Shown here one piece after another: positions 8,592 through 17,257 of a DNA stretch of 64,000 nt. Source of the DNA: Acidobacteriota bacterium. GTDB lineage: Bacteria > Acidobacteriota > Vicinamibacteria > Vicinamibacterales > 2-12-FULL-66-21. The notes beneath the pieces were generated by a model. The model searched no databases. It was not told where the DNA came from and saw only the letters and a program-made list of their open reading frames with translations. A program made the position numbers and the translations under genes. How positions within the stretch are numbered: the first letter of the stretch is position 1; every line of letters starts with the position of its first letter. Location of the stretch: assembly GCA_046732715.1 (NCBI GenBank), contig JBKPNQ010000080.1, positions 26-64,025 of the forward strand, in the 5' to 3' direction.

Positions 8592-10495
8592 CCTCCGGTC
8601 TGCACGCGCGCGAGCCGATCGGCTCGATCGGACACGTCGCGGTACTCACCGGCATTCGACTGCAGCTCCAGAAACACCGCCAGCGCCCGCGCGGTCTCGC
8701 CGGCGTCCTCGAGTGCGAGGCCGAGATCATACAGCAGCGCATGCCCCTCCTCAGGAGTGGGCACGGTCGCTTCAGCAGCGCGTTCGAACCACTCGATTGC
8801 ATCGTTGATCTCACCGTGTTCCCGGTAAAGCCGGCCAAGCAGTGCCGCGGCCTCGAAGCGGCGGCGTGGCGAACGCGCAGCGGTTTTGAGGGAGCTGGTC
8901 GCTTCCTGGAGCATTCCCATCTCGAGATAGGTCCGCGCCAGCTTCATGTGCTGCGCCGATTGATCGCCGGCGTCTCCTTGCGAGGCCGTGCCTTTGCGCA
9001 GGCCCTTGAAGACGGCACCAAGGCCGGACGAGCCAGACGTCGCCGCCGCCTCGCCGTCTTCCAGATCTCCAAGCGCGCCCGACAGATCGATCTCGGTCCC
9101 TTTGCGTCCGGCGGAGGCAGCCGCGCCGGCTGTGGCGGGACGCGCCGGCGCCGCTTCCGCGGCCGGGGACGCGGCCACATCCTGCTCACGAGCGGGCGAC
9201 GTCACCTCTGGTGTCGGCGGAATCGCTGGAGCCTCGACTGCGCCCGAAAAGTGATCGCGAGCGACAAAGGGCGTCGATCCACTCAGGCGTTCCGCGATCA
9301 CCGTATCCGGATCCGAGATGCGCAGCATCACCAGCGCGCGGCGGAATCGCTCGATATGAGCACCCTCCCACGGTTCGCGCGCGACCAGGTCTTCGGCAAT
9401 GGCGCGAGCTTCCGCCGCTTGGCCGGACGTCAGGTAGGCGTCCGCGAGCTGCGTCTGAGCCTCGTACATCGCCGCTTCGAGTCCGCCGTCCACACAGACT
9501 TCGACGAGCTTCATGAGGGCATGAACGTGGGCCGGACGCCGAGCGATGAACGCCTGGAGGATTGCGGCCGCTTCATCGAACTCGCTGGCCGCGATCGACG
9601 CATCGACGGCCGCATCGACGCAGCTAAACGCGGCATCTGGCGCCGACCCGACAAGGTTCCACGCGAGCTCGACGATCTTCTCGCGCGCCTCCCGGCCGAG
9701 CGATGCGAGCCCCGGCAGAATGTCGCGCACCTGATCGAGGCGGCCGCTCCGGAGCTCGAGGTCAGCCAGCGCGAGCAGAAGCGCGGAATCCTTTCCCGCG
9801 CTCGTGCGATCGAGATAGGTGCGCGCCGTTTCGATGTCTCCCTGGGACAGTGCGCGCTTGGCGAGGATGCTGCGCCCCTCGATGTCGGCGGGGTTGATCC
9901 GCACCGCCTCGCGCAGCATCTCGAGCGCCTCCGGCTCACGATCCTTTCCGAGCAAGTCTGCGTGCAGCTCGCGAAAACTTGATGCCGCCCGCTTCTCATC
10001 GCCGGCGAGGGCCAGCACGCGTGCTGCGGCGACGCGAGCCTGGATATCGGCCGGGTCGACGGCGCCGAGGCGGACGGTGATCTGGTCGGCACCTTTTCGA
10101 TCGCCACGCGAGCGCCGCCGCGCGGCGACGGCGTTGAAGTACGACTTCGCGTCCACGAGGAGGCCCTGCTTGACCGAGATTTCTGCCAGAAACAGTTGCG
10201 CCTGCTCGTCGCCGGGAACGATCTTCAGGATCTTCTTGTAGAGGGCAGCCGCCCTTGGATAAAAGCCGTCCTGCACGAAGTGCTCGGCGATGCGTGCGTA
10301 CTGTTCGACCGCCTTGGACGGCTGGTTGGCGCGGACGTAGAGATCGCCGAGCGTGTTCGCGGTGTTCCAGTCGCGCGGCTGATCCTCGGTCACGCGAACG
10401 TATTCCGCGATTGCAGCGTCGAGACGCCCCTGGCGCAGCAGTTTTTCCGCCTTTTTCAGTGTGTCTTCGCGATCGAGAGGCAACCGTTTCTCCAC
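8588..10495 (-). CDS. TPR-repeat protein
   Basis: Multiple TPR-like units (AEKLLRQGRLDAAIAEYVRV..., ARTYLEMGMLQEA...); track ORF (to 10633) overlaps rnhB, trimmed to in-frame GTG 10495; start uncertain. Confidence 0.65.
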   Translation of the reverse strand: MEKRLPLDREDTLKKAEKLLRQGRLDAAIAEYVRVTEDQPRDWNTANTLGDLYVRANQPSKAVEQYARIAEHFVQDGFYPRAAALYKKILKIVPGDEQAQLFLAEISVKQGLLVDAKSYFNAVAARRRSRGDRKGADQITVRLGAVDPADIQARVAAARVLALAGDEKRAASSFRELHADLLGKDREPEALEMLREAVRINPADIEGRSILAKRALSQGDIETARTYLDRTSAGKDSALLLALADLELRSGRLDQVRDILPGLASLGREAREKIVELAWNLVGSAPDAAFSCVDAAVDASIAASEFDEAAAILQAFIARRPAHVHALMKLVEVCVDGGLEAAMYEAQTQLADAYLTSGQAAEARAIAEDLVAREPWEGAHIERFRRALVMLRISDPDTVIAERLSGSTPFVARDHFSGAVEAPAIPPTPEVTSPAREQDVAASPAAEAAPARPATAGAAASAGRKGTEIDLSGALGDLEDGEAAATSGSSGLGAVFKGLRKGTASQGDAGDQSAQHMKLARTYLEMGMLQEATSSLKTAARSPRRRFEAAALLGRLYREHGEINDAIEWFERAAEATVPTPEEGHALLYDLGLALEDAGETARALAVFLELQSNAGEYRDVSDRADRLARVQTGG

Positions 10496-10511
10496 ATCGA
10501 AACGCGGGGGC

Positions 10512-11162
10512 TCAGGCGTCTCCGGTGTCTGACCGGTCAATCGTATCAAACAGCGACGGCGGCCGGAACGACCGGCGGTGAATCGGCGAGTATCCGAAAC
10601 GCGAAACCGCGTCGAGATGATCCCGCGTGGCATACCCTTTGTGGCGATCGAACCCGTACCGGGGGTCCTGGGCGTGGAGCTCGAGCATCATCCGGTCGCG
10701 GGTCACCTTCGCGACAATCGAGGCGGCCGCAATCGCGGTGCAGCGGGCGTCGCCGTGCACCACGGCGCGCTGCGCGATCATCAGATCCGGCACCCGGAAG
10801 GCATCGACCAGAACGAAATCGGGCAGCGGGATGAGTTTGAGGATGGCGCGCTGCATGGCGCGCAGCGACGCCTGGTGGATGTTGATCGTGTCGATCTCGA
10901 CGGGATCCGCCGAGGCCACGCCCCACGCGATCGCATCGTGGACGATCTTCTCGTAAAGGCGCGCCCGTTCGAGCGCAGTGACGGTCTTCGAATCGCAGAT
11001 GCGCGGAATGTATCGGTGCGGATCGAGGGCGACGGCCGCCGCCACGACGGGGCCGGCCAGGCAGCCGCGCCCGACCTCGTCGACACCGGCGACCAGGTTG
11101 AATCCCAGCCGCCGGATCGTGTTTTCCAGCGTCCTGAAAGCGCGGACTTTGACCACAGGCAA
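10512..11162 (-). CDS. rnhB: Ribonuclease HII
   Basis: 216 aa; GVDEVGRGCLAGPVV catalytic motif. Confidence 0.92.
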   Translation of the reverse strand: MPVVKVRAFRTLENTIRRLGFNLVAGVDEVGRGCLAGPVVAAAVALDPHRYIPRICDSKTVTALERARLYEKIVHDAIAWGVASADPVEIDTINIHQASLRAMQRAILKLIPLPDFVLVDAFRVPDLMIAQRAVVHGDARCTAIAAASIVAKVTRDRMMLELHAQDPRYGFDRHKGYATRDHLDAVSRFGYSPIHRRSFRPPSLFDTIDRSDTGDA

Positions 11163-11175
11163 GTGGCCCGAACGA

Positions 11176-11529
11176 TCAGGCGGTTTGCTTCTTGGCCGCG
11201 TCCTTCATCCGCGCCGCCTTGCCCTTCAGCTCGCGCAGGAAGTACAGCTTGGCGCGGCGCACACGCGCCGTCCGCACGACGTCGATCTTGTCGATGATTG
11301 GCGAGTGCAGCGGGAAGATTCGCTCGACGCCCTGGCCGAACGACACCTTGCGCACGGTAAACGTCGCGCGTGCGCCGCCCCGGTGCATCCCGATCACCAT
11401 GCCTTCGAACACCTGAATGCGTTCTTTGTCTCCCTCACGAACCTTCACGTGAACGCGAACCGTGTCACCCGGCTTGATCGCCGGGCGCTTGACCATATTC
11501 CCGCGCTCGACGGTCTCTACGGCAGTCAT
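11176..11529 (-). CDS. rplS: 50S ribosomal protein L19
   Basis: 117 aa; L19 signature region ([23 protein letters not shown]); AAGGAGAGAGAG SD. Confidence 0.95.
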   Translation of the reverse strand: MTAVETVERGNMVKRPAIKPGDTVRVHVKVREGDKERIQVFEGMVIGMHRGGARATFTVRKVSFGQGVERIFPLHSPIIDKIDVVRTARVRRAKLYFLRELKGKAARMKDAAKKQTA

Positions 11530-11555
11530 CTCTCTCTCCTTGTCTTTTCTTGATC

Positions 11556-11640
11556 GGCGGGGTCCCCTGCACCCCGCCTAGCTCGCTCCGCTACGCTCGC
11601 GCTTCGCCGCTCGCTCCGCTCCACTCGCGCTCCAGACGCC
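11556..11640. repeat. 8-bp perfect hairpin (GGCGGGGT-7 nt-ACCCCGCC, 11556-11578) followed by a partial copy of the CT-rich dispersed element (11579-11640)
   Basis: gcttcgccgctcgctccgct...ccactc matches the core of units at 1-383; lies between trmD stop and rplS start. Confidence 0.6.
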
Positions 11641-11641
11641 T

Positions 11642-12388
11642 CTATTTGCGCCTGTCTCGCTCGAGCATCAGCGCGGTCAACAACGCTGCGTCATCGGCCT
11701 CGAGCGAGACGCGCTCGAGCAGGTCTGGCCGGCGCTCCAACGTCCGGGCCAACGCTTCCCGGCGCCGCCATCGCTCGATGTCCGCGTGATGCCCCGACAG
11801 CAGCACGGGCGGCACGCTCATCCCGCGGAACTCCGCCGGCCTCGTGTACTGCGGGTAATCGAGCAAGCCGTGCGCAAACGTGTCGCGCGCCACCGATTCC
11901 GCATCGCCGACGACGCCCGGCACGAGCCGGGCGACAACATCGACGATGACCAGGGCTGGCAACTCACCGCCGGAAAGCACGTAATCGCCAATCGACAGCG
12001 TCTCGGTCGCCAGTCCGGTCCGCACACGCTCGTCGACCCCTTCGTACCGCCCGCACAACACGACGACGTGCTCGACGGTACTCAACCGCACGGCCGCGGC
12101 GTGACTGAAGCGCTCTCCGTCGGGAGAAGTCATTATGACCGCACCCGGGGTCCCACGCTCATCACGAATCGCGTCCACCGCGGCAAACAGCGGCTCGGGT
12201 TTGAGCACCATCCCCGGTCCGCCACCAAACGGCATGTCGTCTACCGTCCGGTGTCGATCGGTCGCGTGATCGCGAAGATCGTGCACCCGGACGTCGAGAC
12301 GGCCGGCAGCAATCGCCCGCCCGACAACGCCTTCGGCGAGCGCGCTCTGGACCATCCCGGGGAAGATCGTCACGATGTCGATCTTCAC
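11642..12388 (-). CDS. trmD: tRNA (guanine37-N1)-methyltransferase
   Basis: 248 aa; TrmD pattern ([23 protein letters not shown]). Confidence 0.94.
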   Translation of the reverse strand: MKIDIVTIFPGMVQSALAEGVVGRAIAAGRLDVRVHDLRDHATDRHRTVDDMPFGGGPGMVLKPEPLFAAVDAIRDERGTPGAVIMTSPDGERFSHAAAVRLSTVEHVVVLCGRYEGVDERVRTGLATETLSIGDYVLSGGELPALVIVDVVARLVPGVVGDAESVARDTFAHGLLDYPQYTRPAEFRGMSVPPVLLSGHHADIERWRRREALARTLERRPDLLERVSLEADDAALLTALMLERDRRK

Positions 12389-12927
12389 CGCGACCGTCCG
12401 GCCGGACGATTCACATCGATCAGCCCCTCAGGGGGATCGACCGTGACCCGCCGCGTGGCGATGTCGACGGCGACGCAGATGTCGGCGACGAGTGGAATCA
12501 TCACGTCCTCGTCCACGACAAGATAGCTGCGATCGATCGAGCCCTCGACGGCGGTCACCCGTCCGAGCACTTCGCCGTCCTTCTTCCTGACTTCACAGCC
12601 GACCAGATCGTGCCGGTAAAACGTTCCCGCCGGCAGCGGTTCGAGCTCGGCTTCCCTCAGCCACAACTCCGACCCCGAAAACGTTTCCGCCTCGGTCATG
12701 GTGGCGACTCCGGCAAATCGAACGACCGGACGCCCTTGATGAAACCGGACTTCTTCGATCTCGTACTCGCGAGGGTGCGCGGCAGCGCCGACGAGCAGCC
12801 GCTGCCCGATCCGAAACCGGTCCTCCATGAAGTCCGTTTCCGGATTCACGATGACGTGGCCCTTGATGCCATGGGCGCGCGCCACACGGCCAACGAGCAG
12901 CAGCCCGTCGGTCAAATCAGGACTCAC
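12385..12927 (-). CDS. rimM: 16S rRNA processing protein RimM
   Basis: 180 aa; RimM N-terminal ([11 protein letters not shown]) and PRC-barrel; 4-nt overlap with trmD. Confidence 0.9.
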   Translation of the reverse strand: MSPDLTDGLLLVGRVARAHGIKGHVIVNPETDFMEDRFRIGQRLLVGAAAHPREYEIEEVRFHQGRPVVRFAGVATMTEAETFSGSELWLREAELEPLPAGTFYRHDLVGCEVRKKDGEVLGRVTAVEGSIDRSYLVVDEDVMIPLVADICVAVDIATRRVTVDPPEGLIDVNRPAGRSR

Positions 12928-12996
12928 AAGTCACCTCGCCGGAGACTTGGGCGCAGGCGCACACTCGTTCGCCACTGTGGACTCGGGTGAAAGCTT

Positions 12997-13242
12997 CTAC
13001 TGGTCGTCGCGAAACTCCAGCGTCGCCCTGGTCCCTTCAAGCTCGGCGGTCGCACTCACCAGCGTGCGCATCGCTGCCGCGGTGCGACCCTGACGCCCGA
13101 TCACGCGGCCCAGTTCTCCCGGGGCCATGAACAGTTCGACCAGCGTCTGTCCTTTGTGCTGCCGTTCGGTCACCCGAACGGCGTCAGGACGATCCGCGAG
13201 CGCCTTGGCCACGACCTCGACGACGTCGCGGCAGCGGCTCAC
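12997..13242 (-). CDS. KH-domain RNA-binding protein (UPF0109/YlqC family)
   Basis: 81 aa; VIGRQGRTAAAMRTL KH GXXG motif; conserved position between rpsP and rimM. Confidence 0.85.
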   Translation of the reverse strand: MSRCRDVVEVVAKALADRPDAVRVTERQHKGQTLVELFMAPGELGRVIGRQGRTAAAMRTLVSATAELEGTRATLEFRDDQ

Positions 13243-13508
13243 GATGCTGGTTGCACCGCGGCTGGATCGGCCGCCGGCGGCATGCGGGCCACGAGCGTTC
13301 GCACGGTGTCCGATGGAACGGCGCCGGCCTTGATCCAGTGCTCGAGTCGATCCCGCTTCAGATCGAGCGTCTCCGGCTTCGTGCGCGGGTTGTAGTGCCC
13401 GAGCACTTCCACGAAACTGCTGTCGCGCGCCGTGCGCGAGTCGGTCACCACCACACGGTAGAATGGTCGCTTCTTCGAACCCGTACGTCTCAAACGAATT
13501 GCTAGCAT
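13239..13508 (-). CDS. rpsP: 30S ribosomal protein S16
   Basis: 89 aa; MLAIRLRRTGSKKRPFYRVVV N-terminus. Confidence 0.95.
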   Translation of the reverse strand: MLAIRLRRTGSKKRPFYRVVVTDSRTARDSSFVEVLGHYNPRTKPETLDLKRDRLEHWIKAGAVPSDTVRTLVARMPPAADPAAVQPAS

Positions 13509-13519
13509 CTCGCTTCGCT

Positions 13520-13598
13520 CCAGTTACCAGTTACCAGTTGCCAGTTACCAGTGGCCAGTTCACAGTGCTGGAAACTGGGAACTCGAAACTGGCAACTC
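13520..13598. repeat. Heptad array family A (CCAGTTN), inverted arms forming a long imperfect hairpin
   Basis: Left arm ccagtta ccagtta ccagttg ccagtta ccagtgg ccagttc; right arm ctggaaa ctgggaa ctcgaaa ctggcaa; fills the ffh-rpsP spacer. Confidence 0.9.
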
Positions 13599-13602
13599 AC
13601 AC

Positions 13603-14961
13603 TCACCGGTTCATCAACGACTTCATTGCCCCGAGGCCGCCCTTCTTCTTGCCGAGTCCGGCCATCCCGCCAATCGCCTTGAGCATCTTCTTCATCTGCA
13701 CGAACTGCTTCAGCAGGCGATTGATTTCCTCGACTGACGTGCCGCTCCCCTTCGCAATCCGTTTACGGCGGCTGCCGTTGATCACCTGGTGATTGCGTCG
13801 TTCGTGCGGTGTCATCGAGTTGATCATCGCCTCGATTCGATCCAGCTGTTTGTCGTCGACCTTCTCGCGATTGGCCGCGAGCTCCTTCATGCCGCTCATC
13901 CCGGGCAGCATGCCGAGGATCTGCTCGAGCGGTCCCATCTTCTTGATCGTCCGCAGCTGGTCGCGGAAATCCTCCAGCGTAAAGTCGTCCTGACGGAGTT
14001 TCTTTTCGAGCTTCTGCGCGTCCTCGATGGACACCGCTTCTTCGGCTTTCTCAATCAGCGACAGCACGTCGCCCATGCCGAGGACACGCGACACGACCCG
14101 GTCGGGATGAAACGGCTCCAGGTCCTGCAGGCGCTCGCCGCTGCCGACGAACGCAATCGGAACGCCGACGACGCCGACGACCGACAGCGCCGCGCCGCCG
14201 CGGGCATCGCCGTCCATCTTCGAGAGCACGACACCGCTGATCCCGATGCGCCGGTTGAATTCGCCGGCGCTCTTGATCGCATCCTGGCCGGTCATCGCGT
14301 CGGCCACGAAGAGCCGATCGGTCGGCTCGACGGCCGCCTGGATCGCCTGCAGCTCGTTCATCAACTCATCGTCGATGTGAAGCCGTCCGGCGGTGTCGAC
14401 AATGACGGTATCGAAGCCGCTGTTCCGGGCTTCGGCCATCGCGCCGCGCGCCCGCCGTACCGGATCGAGATCCCCGGACGGATCGTGAACGCGAACGCCG
14501 GCCTGTTTTCCAACAACGTTGAGCTGCTCGATGGCGGCTGGGCGTCGAACGTCAGTCGAGACCAGAATCGGATGCTTTCCCTGCTTGGCCAGCCATCGCC
14601 CGAGTTTTCCGGCGGTGGTCGTCTTACCAGAACCCTGCAGTCCGAGCAGCAGGACGACCCGCGGGTGGGCCTGCGAAGCCGGCAACCCGCCGGTGGTCTC
14701 CCCGAACAATGCGAGCATCTCGTCCCGGACGATACGCACGACCTGTTGTGCGGGCGTCAGGCTCTTCAGCACTTCCTGATCGACGGCGCGATCGCGGACG
14801 CGGTCGATGAATGCCTTGACGACCTTGAAGTTGACGTCCGCTTCGAGCAGCGCCATGCGGATCTCGCGAAGCGCCGCCTCGACGGTCGTCTCGGTCAACC
14901 GGGCTTCGCCGCGGAGCGAGCGAAATACTCCCTGCAGTCGGTCGCTGAGCGATTCAAACAT
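13603..14961 (-). CDS. ffh: Signal recognition particle protein Ffh
   Basis: 452 aa; GLQGSGKTTT, DTAGRL, Met-rich M domain. Confidence 0.96.
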   Translation of the reverse strand: MFESLSDRLQGVFRSLRGEARLTETTVEAALREIRMALLEADVNFKVVKAFIDRVRDRAVDQEVLKSLTPAQQVVRIVRDEMLALFGETTGGLPASQAHPRVVLLLGLQGSGKTTTAGKLGRWLAKQGKHPILVSTDVRRPAAIEQLNVVGKQAGVRVHDPSGDLDPVRRARGAMAEARNSGFDTVIVDTAGRLHIDDELMNELQAIQAAVEPTDRLFVADAMTGQDAIKSAGEFNRRIGISGVVLSKMDGDARGGAALSVVGVVGVPIAFVGSGERLQDLEPFHPDRVVSRVLGMGDVLSLIEKAEEAVSIEDAQKLEKKLRQDDFTLEDFRDQLRTIKKMGPLEQILGMLPGMSGMKELAANREKVDDKQLDRIEAMINSMTPHERRNHQVINGSRRKRIAKGSGTSVEEINRLLKQFVQMKKMLKAIGGMAGLGKKKGGLGAMKSLMNR

Positions 14962-14975
14962 GTCGGTCCATCACT

Positions 14976-14996
14976 CCGAGGGGCTTCGCCCCTCGG
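14976..14996 (-). promoter_or_regulatory. Perfect 9-bp stem / 3-nt loop hairpin abutting the ffh Shine-Dalgarno
   Basis: Minus strand: ccgaggggc-gaa-gcccctcgg followed directly by agtgatggaccgacATG; the GGAG SD overlaps the 3' end of the stem. Confidence 0.6.
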
Positions 14997-15167
14997 ACTC
15001 CTCTACACGCTCTCTCGCGAGCCGCTCCGCCGGCTCGCTCCGTTCGCGTGGCTCGCTTCGGTGCGCTCGCTCGCGTTTTCTCTCGCGCAGCGTTGTCTCG
15101 CCATAGCACCGGTTGATCTGGCGGGTGCGGAGACGGGTCGCGTGGATCACTCGCGCGCTCGTTCGCC
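14994..15167. repeat. Diverged third copy of the CT-rich ~175-bp dispersed element
   Basis: cggactcctctacacgctctctcgc...gctcgctccgttcgcgtggctcgcttcgg...tcgcgcgctcgttcgcc aligns end to end with units at 1-383 (ends well conserved, middle diverged). Confidence 0.75.
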
Positions 15168-15298
15168 AAGTCTCCCGAATCGATTTCGAAACCGCTTCGA
15201 GTCCTCGCACGCCGCCATGGGAACGGCAGGCGGGGTCTAAAGAACCCACGCAGCACGAAACCGCCGGATTGCGTGCGAGGAGGTCGTCTAGACGCCTA

Positions 15299-15337
15299 AG
15301 CGCTTCAGACGCAAACGTTTATCGTAACTGAAGCGCT
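15299..15337 (-). terminator. 10-bp perfect inverted repeat 9 nt downstream of ribBA stop (possible terminator or processing hairpin)
   Basis: AGCGCTTCAG-19 nt-CTGAAGCGCT; no U-tract afterwards, hence low confidence. Confidence 0.3.
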
Positions 15338-15345
15338 GTTCGGTG

Positions 15346-16575
15346 TCAAACGGAAGTGAGCTTGTGGCCGAGTTTGGTTTTCTTGGTGGTCAGGTATCGC
15401 CGCGTGCTGTCGGATGCCGGAATCTCGAGCGGGAGCCACTCCTTGACCGACAGCTGATAACCCTCGATTCCAACCAGTTTTCGGGGGTTGTTCGAGAGGA
15501 GCCGCATGGAGCGAACGCCAAGGTCCTTCAAAATCTGAACCCCAATGCCATAGTCCCGCTGATCCGCCTTGAAACCGAGCCGCTCGTTTGCCTCGACCGT
15601 GTCGAGTCCCTGGTCCTGAAGTTCGTAGGCGCGAATCTTGTTCGAGAGCCCAATTCCGCGCCCCTCCTGATTCAAGTACAACAGCACCCCTCTGCCCTCG
15701 GTCGCAATCCGGTGCATCGCCGCGTCCAGTTGTGGACCGCAATCGCACCGCGCGGAGTGGAAGACGTCGCCGGTCAGGCAGCGCGAGTGCACGCGCACCA
15801 GCACATTTTCACCATCGCCGAGATCGCCCTTGACCAGCGCGACATGGGTTTCACGATCGATCACGCTTTCGAACGCAAACACCTTGAAGTCGCCGTGCTC
15901 GGTCGGGAGACTCGCGGTCGCGACTCGATGCACCAGCCCCTCGGTACGCAGCCGATACTGAATCAGGTCGGCCACGGTAATCATCAGCAGCTTATGGCGG
16001 CGGGCAAACTTCGTCAGCTCCGGCACCCGCGACATCGTCCCATCGTCGTTCATGATTTCGCAGATGACGCCGGCCGGATAAAGTCCGGCGATGCGGGCGA
16101 GGTCGACCGCCGCCTCGGTTTGGCCGGCACGCACGAGCACGCCGCCGTTGCGCGCCTTGAGTGGGAACATGTGGCCGGGACGCGCAAGATCGGACGGCCT
16201 CGTGCGGGGGTCGATGGCCGCAAGCACCGTGGCCGCGCGATCGCTTGCTGAAACACCAGTGCTCGTGACCGCTTTCGCATCGATCGACACGCTGAAGGCC
16301 GTACCAAGTCGCGCCGTATTGGGCCCCACCATCTGCGGCAGATCCAGCTCGGTGAGCCGATCTTCGGTCATCGGAATGCAGATCAAGCCGCAGCCATGTC
16401 TGGCCATGAAATTGACCGCCTCCGGCGTGATCTTCTCCGCAGCGATCGTCAGGTCTCCCTCGTTCTCGCGATCTTCATCATCAACGACGATGATCATCTG
16501 TCCATTGCGAATCGCCTCGACCGCGGCTTCAATCGGGGCGAAGGGTGACTTCTTCTTACGAGTTTTCGTAGCCAT
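15346..16575 (-). CDS. ribBA: Bifunctional 3,4-dihydroxy-2-butanone-4-phosphate synthase / GTP cyclohydrolase II
   Basis: 409 aa; DHBPS half (VVDDEDRENEGDL) and GCHII half (RCLTGDVFHSARCDCG). Confidence 0.95.
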   Translation of the reverse strand: MATKTRKKKSPFAPIEAAVEAIRNGQMIIVVDDEDRENEGDLTIAAEKITPEAVNFMARHGCGLICIPMTEDRLTELDLPQMVGPNTARLGTAFSVSIDAKAVTSTGVSASDRAATVLAAIDPRTRPSDLARPGHMFPLKARNGGVLVRAGQTEAAVDLARIAGLYPAGVICEIMNDDGTMSRVPELTKFARRHKLLMITVADLIQYRLRTEGLVHRVATASLPTEHGDFKVFAFESVIDRETHVALVKGDLGDGENVLVRVHSRCLTGDVFHSARCDCGPQLDAAMHRIATEGRGVLLYLNQEGRGIGLSNKIRAYELQDQGLDTVEANERLGFKADQRDYGIGVQILKDLGVRSMRLLSNNPRKLVGIEGYQLSVKEWLPLEIPASDSTRRYLTTKKTKLGHKLTSV

Positions 16576-16577
16576 GG

Positions 16578-16651
16578 CAAATCAACAATCTGCAATCACA
16601 ATCGACAATCCGCGATCGATAAAATCGCCAATCAGCAATCAATTATCGATC
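16578..16651. repeat. Heptad array family B (CAATCNN), single-armed, about 10 heptads
   Basis: caaatca acaatct gcaatca caatcga caatccg ... gccaatc agcaatc aattatc; spans the ribE-ribBA spacer and contains the ribE stop. Confidence 0.85.
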
Positions 16652-17257
16652 TACCGGCTTGGTCGAGAAGCCGGCCAGCTCGGCGACCCGGACGACGTAC
16701 TTACCGAGAATGTCACATTCAATGTTGACGAGATCGTCGGGCTTCGCGCTGTGCAGGTTCGTGTGTTGCCAGGTGTAGGGAATGATCTGCACGTCGAAAC
16801 GGCGATCGTCGAGTCCCGCAATCGTGAGGCTGATGCCGTTCACCGCGATCGAGCCTTTCCTGACCAGATACGGCGCGAGCAACGCCGGATACTTGATCGT
16901 CACCCAATATGAATCGCCATCCTGACGGATGTCCTCGATCGTCCCAGTCGCATCAACGTGGCCCTGTACGAAGTGGCCCCCGAGGCGCGCATCGGCACGA
17001 AGCGGACGTTCGAGATTGACGACTGCGCCACGCCGAAGCGCACCCAGCGCGCTGACCCGGGCGGTTTCTGGCGAGATATCGGCGTGAATGTCGGCCGCAT
17101 CGCACGACACGGCGGTCAGGCAGACGCCGTTCACTGACAGGCTGTCGCCTGGCGTGATTTCCGCAGCCAGCGTCGTCGTCAACCGGAGCCGGAACCCCGC
17201 CGGTGTCGGCTTGACCTCCGCCACTTCCCCAAGTGCCTCAATCAGCCCTGTGAACAT
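16643..17257 (-). CDS. ribE: Riboflavin synthase alpha subunit
   Basis: 204 aa; MFTGLIE N-terminus, two lumazine-binding repeats (GDSLSVNGVCLT / GSIAVNGISLT). Confidence 0.93.
   Translation of the reverse strand: MFTGLIEALGEVAEVKPTPAGFRLRLTTTLAAEITPGDSLSVNGVCLTAVSCDAADIHADISPETARVSALGALRRGAVVNLERPLRADARLGGHFVQGHVDATGTIEDIRQDGDSYWVTIKYPALLAPYLVRKGSIAVNGISLTIAGLDDRRFDVQIIPYTWQHTNLHSAKPDDLVNIECDILGKYVVRVAELAGFSTKPVDR

Noticed and set aside
13789-15240. 483-aa + strand ORF opposite ffh. Similar long ORFs lie opposite selB (41815-43194), rnr (43827-45443), the hybrid kinase (54733-56574), cinA (22028-23392) and the formimidoyltransferase (25210-26085).
   Set aside because: These are mirror-strand shadow ORFs typical of high-GC DNA. 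Their translations are Arg/Pro/Gly/His-rich with no recognisable motifs, and each is fully covered by a strongly recognisable gene on the other strand.
14962-15345. Possible structured ncRNA (FMN riboswitch, SRP RNA, 6S) in the 384-bp gap between ribBA and ffh; the minus strand contains ccggcggt, reminiscent of FMN elements
   Set aside because: No other conserved FMN, SRP or RNase P blocks could be recognised by eye. The gap lies downstream of the rib genes, not upstream, and most of it is explained by the dispersed element. An Infernal/Rfam scan would be decisive.
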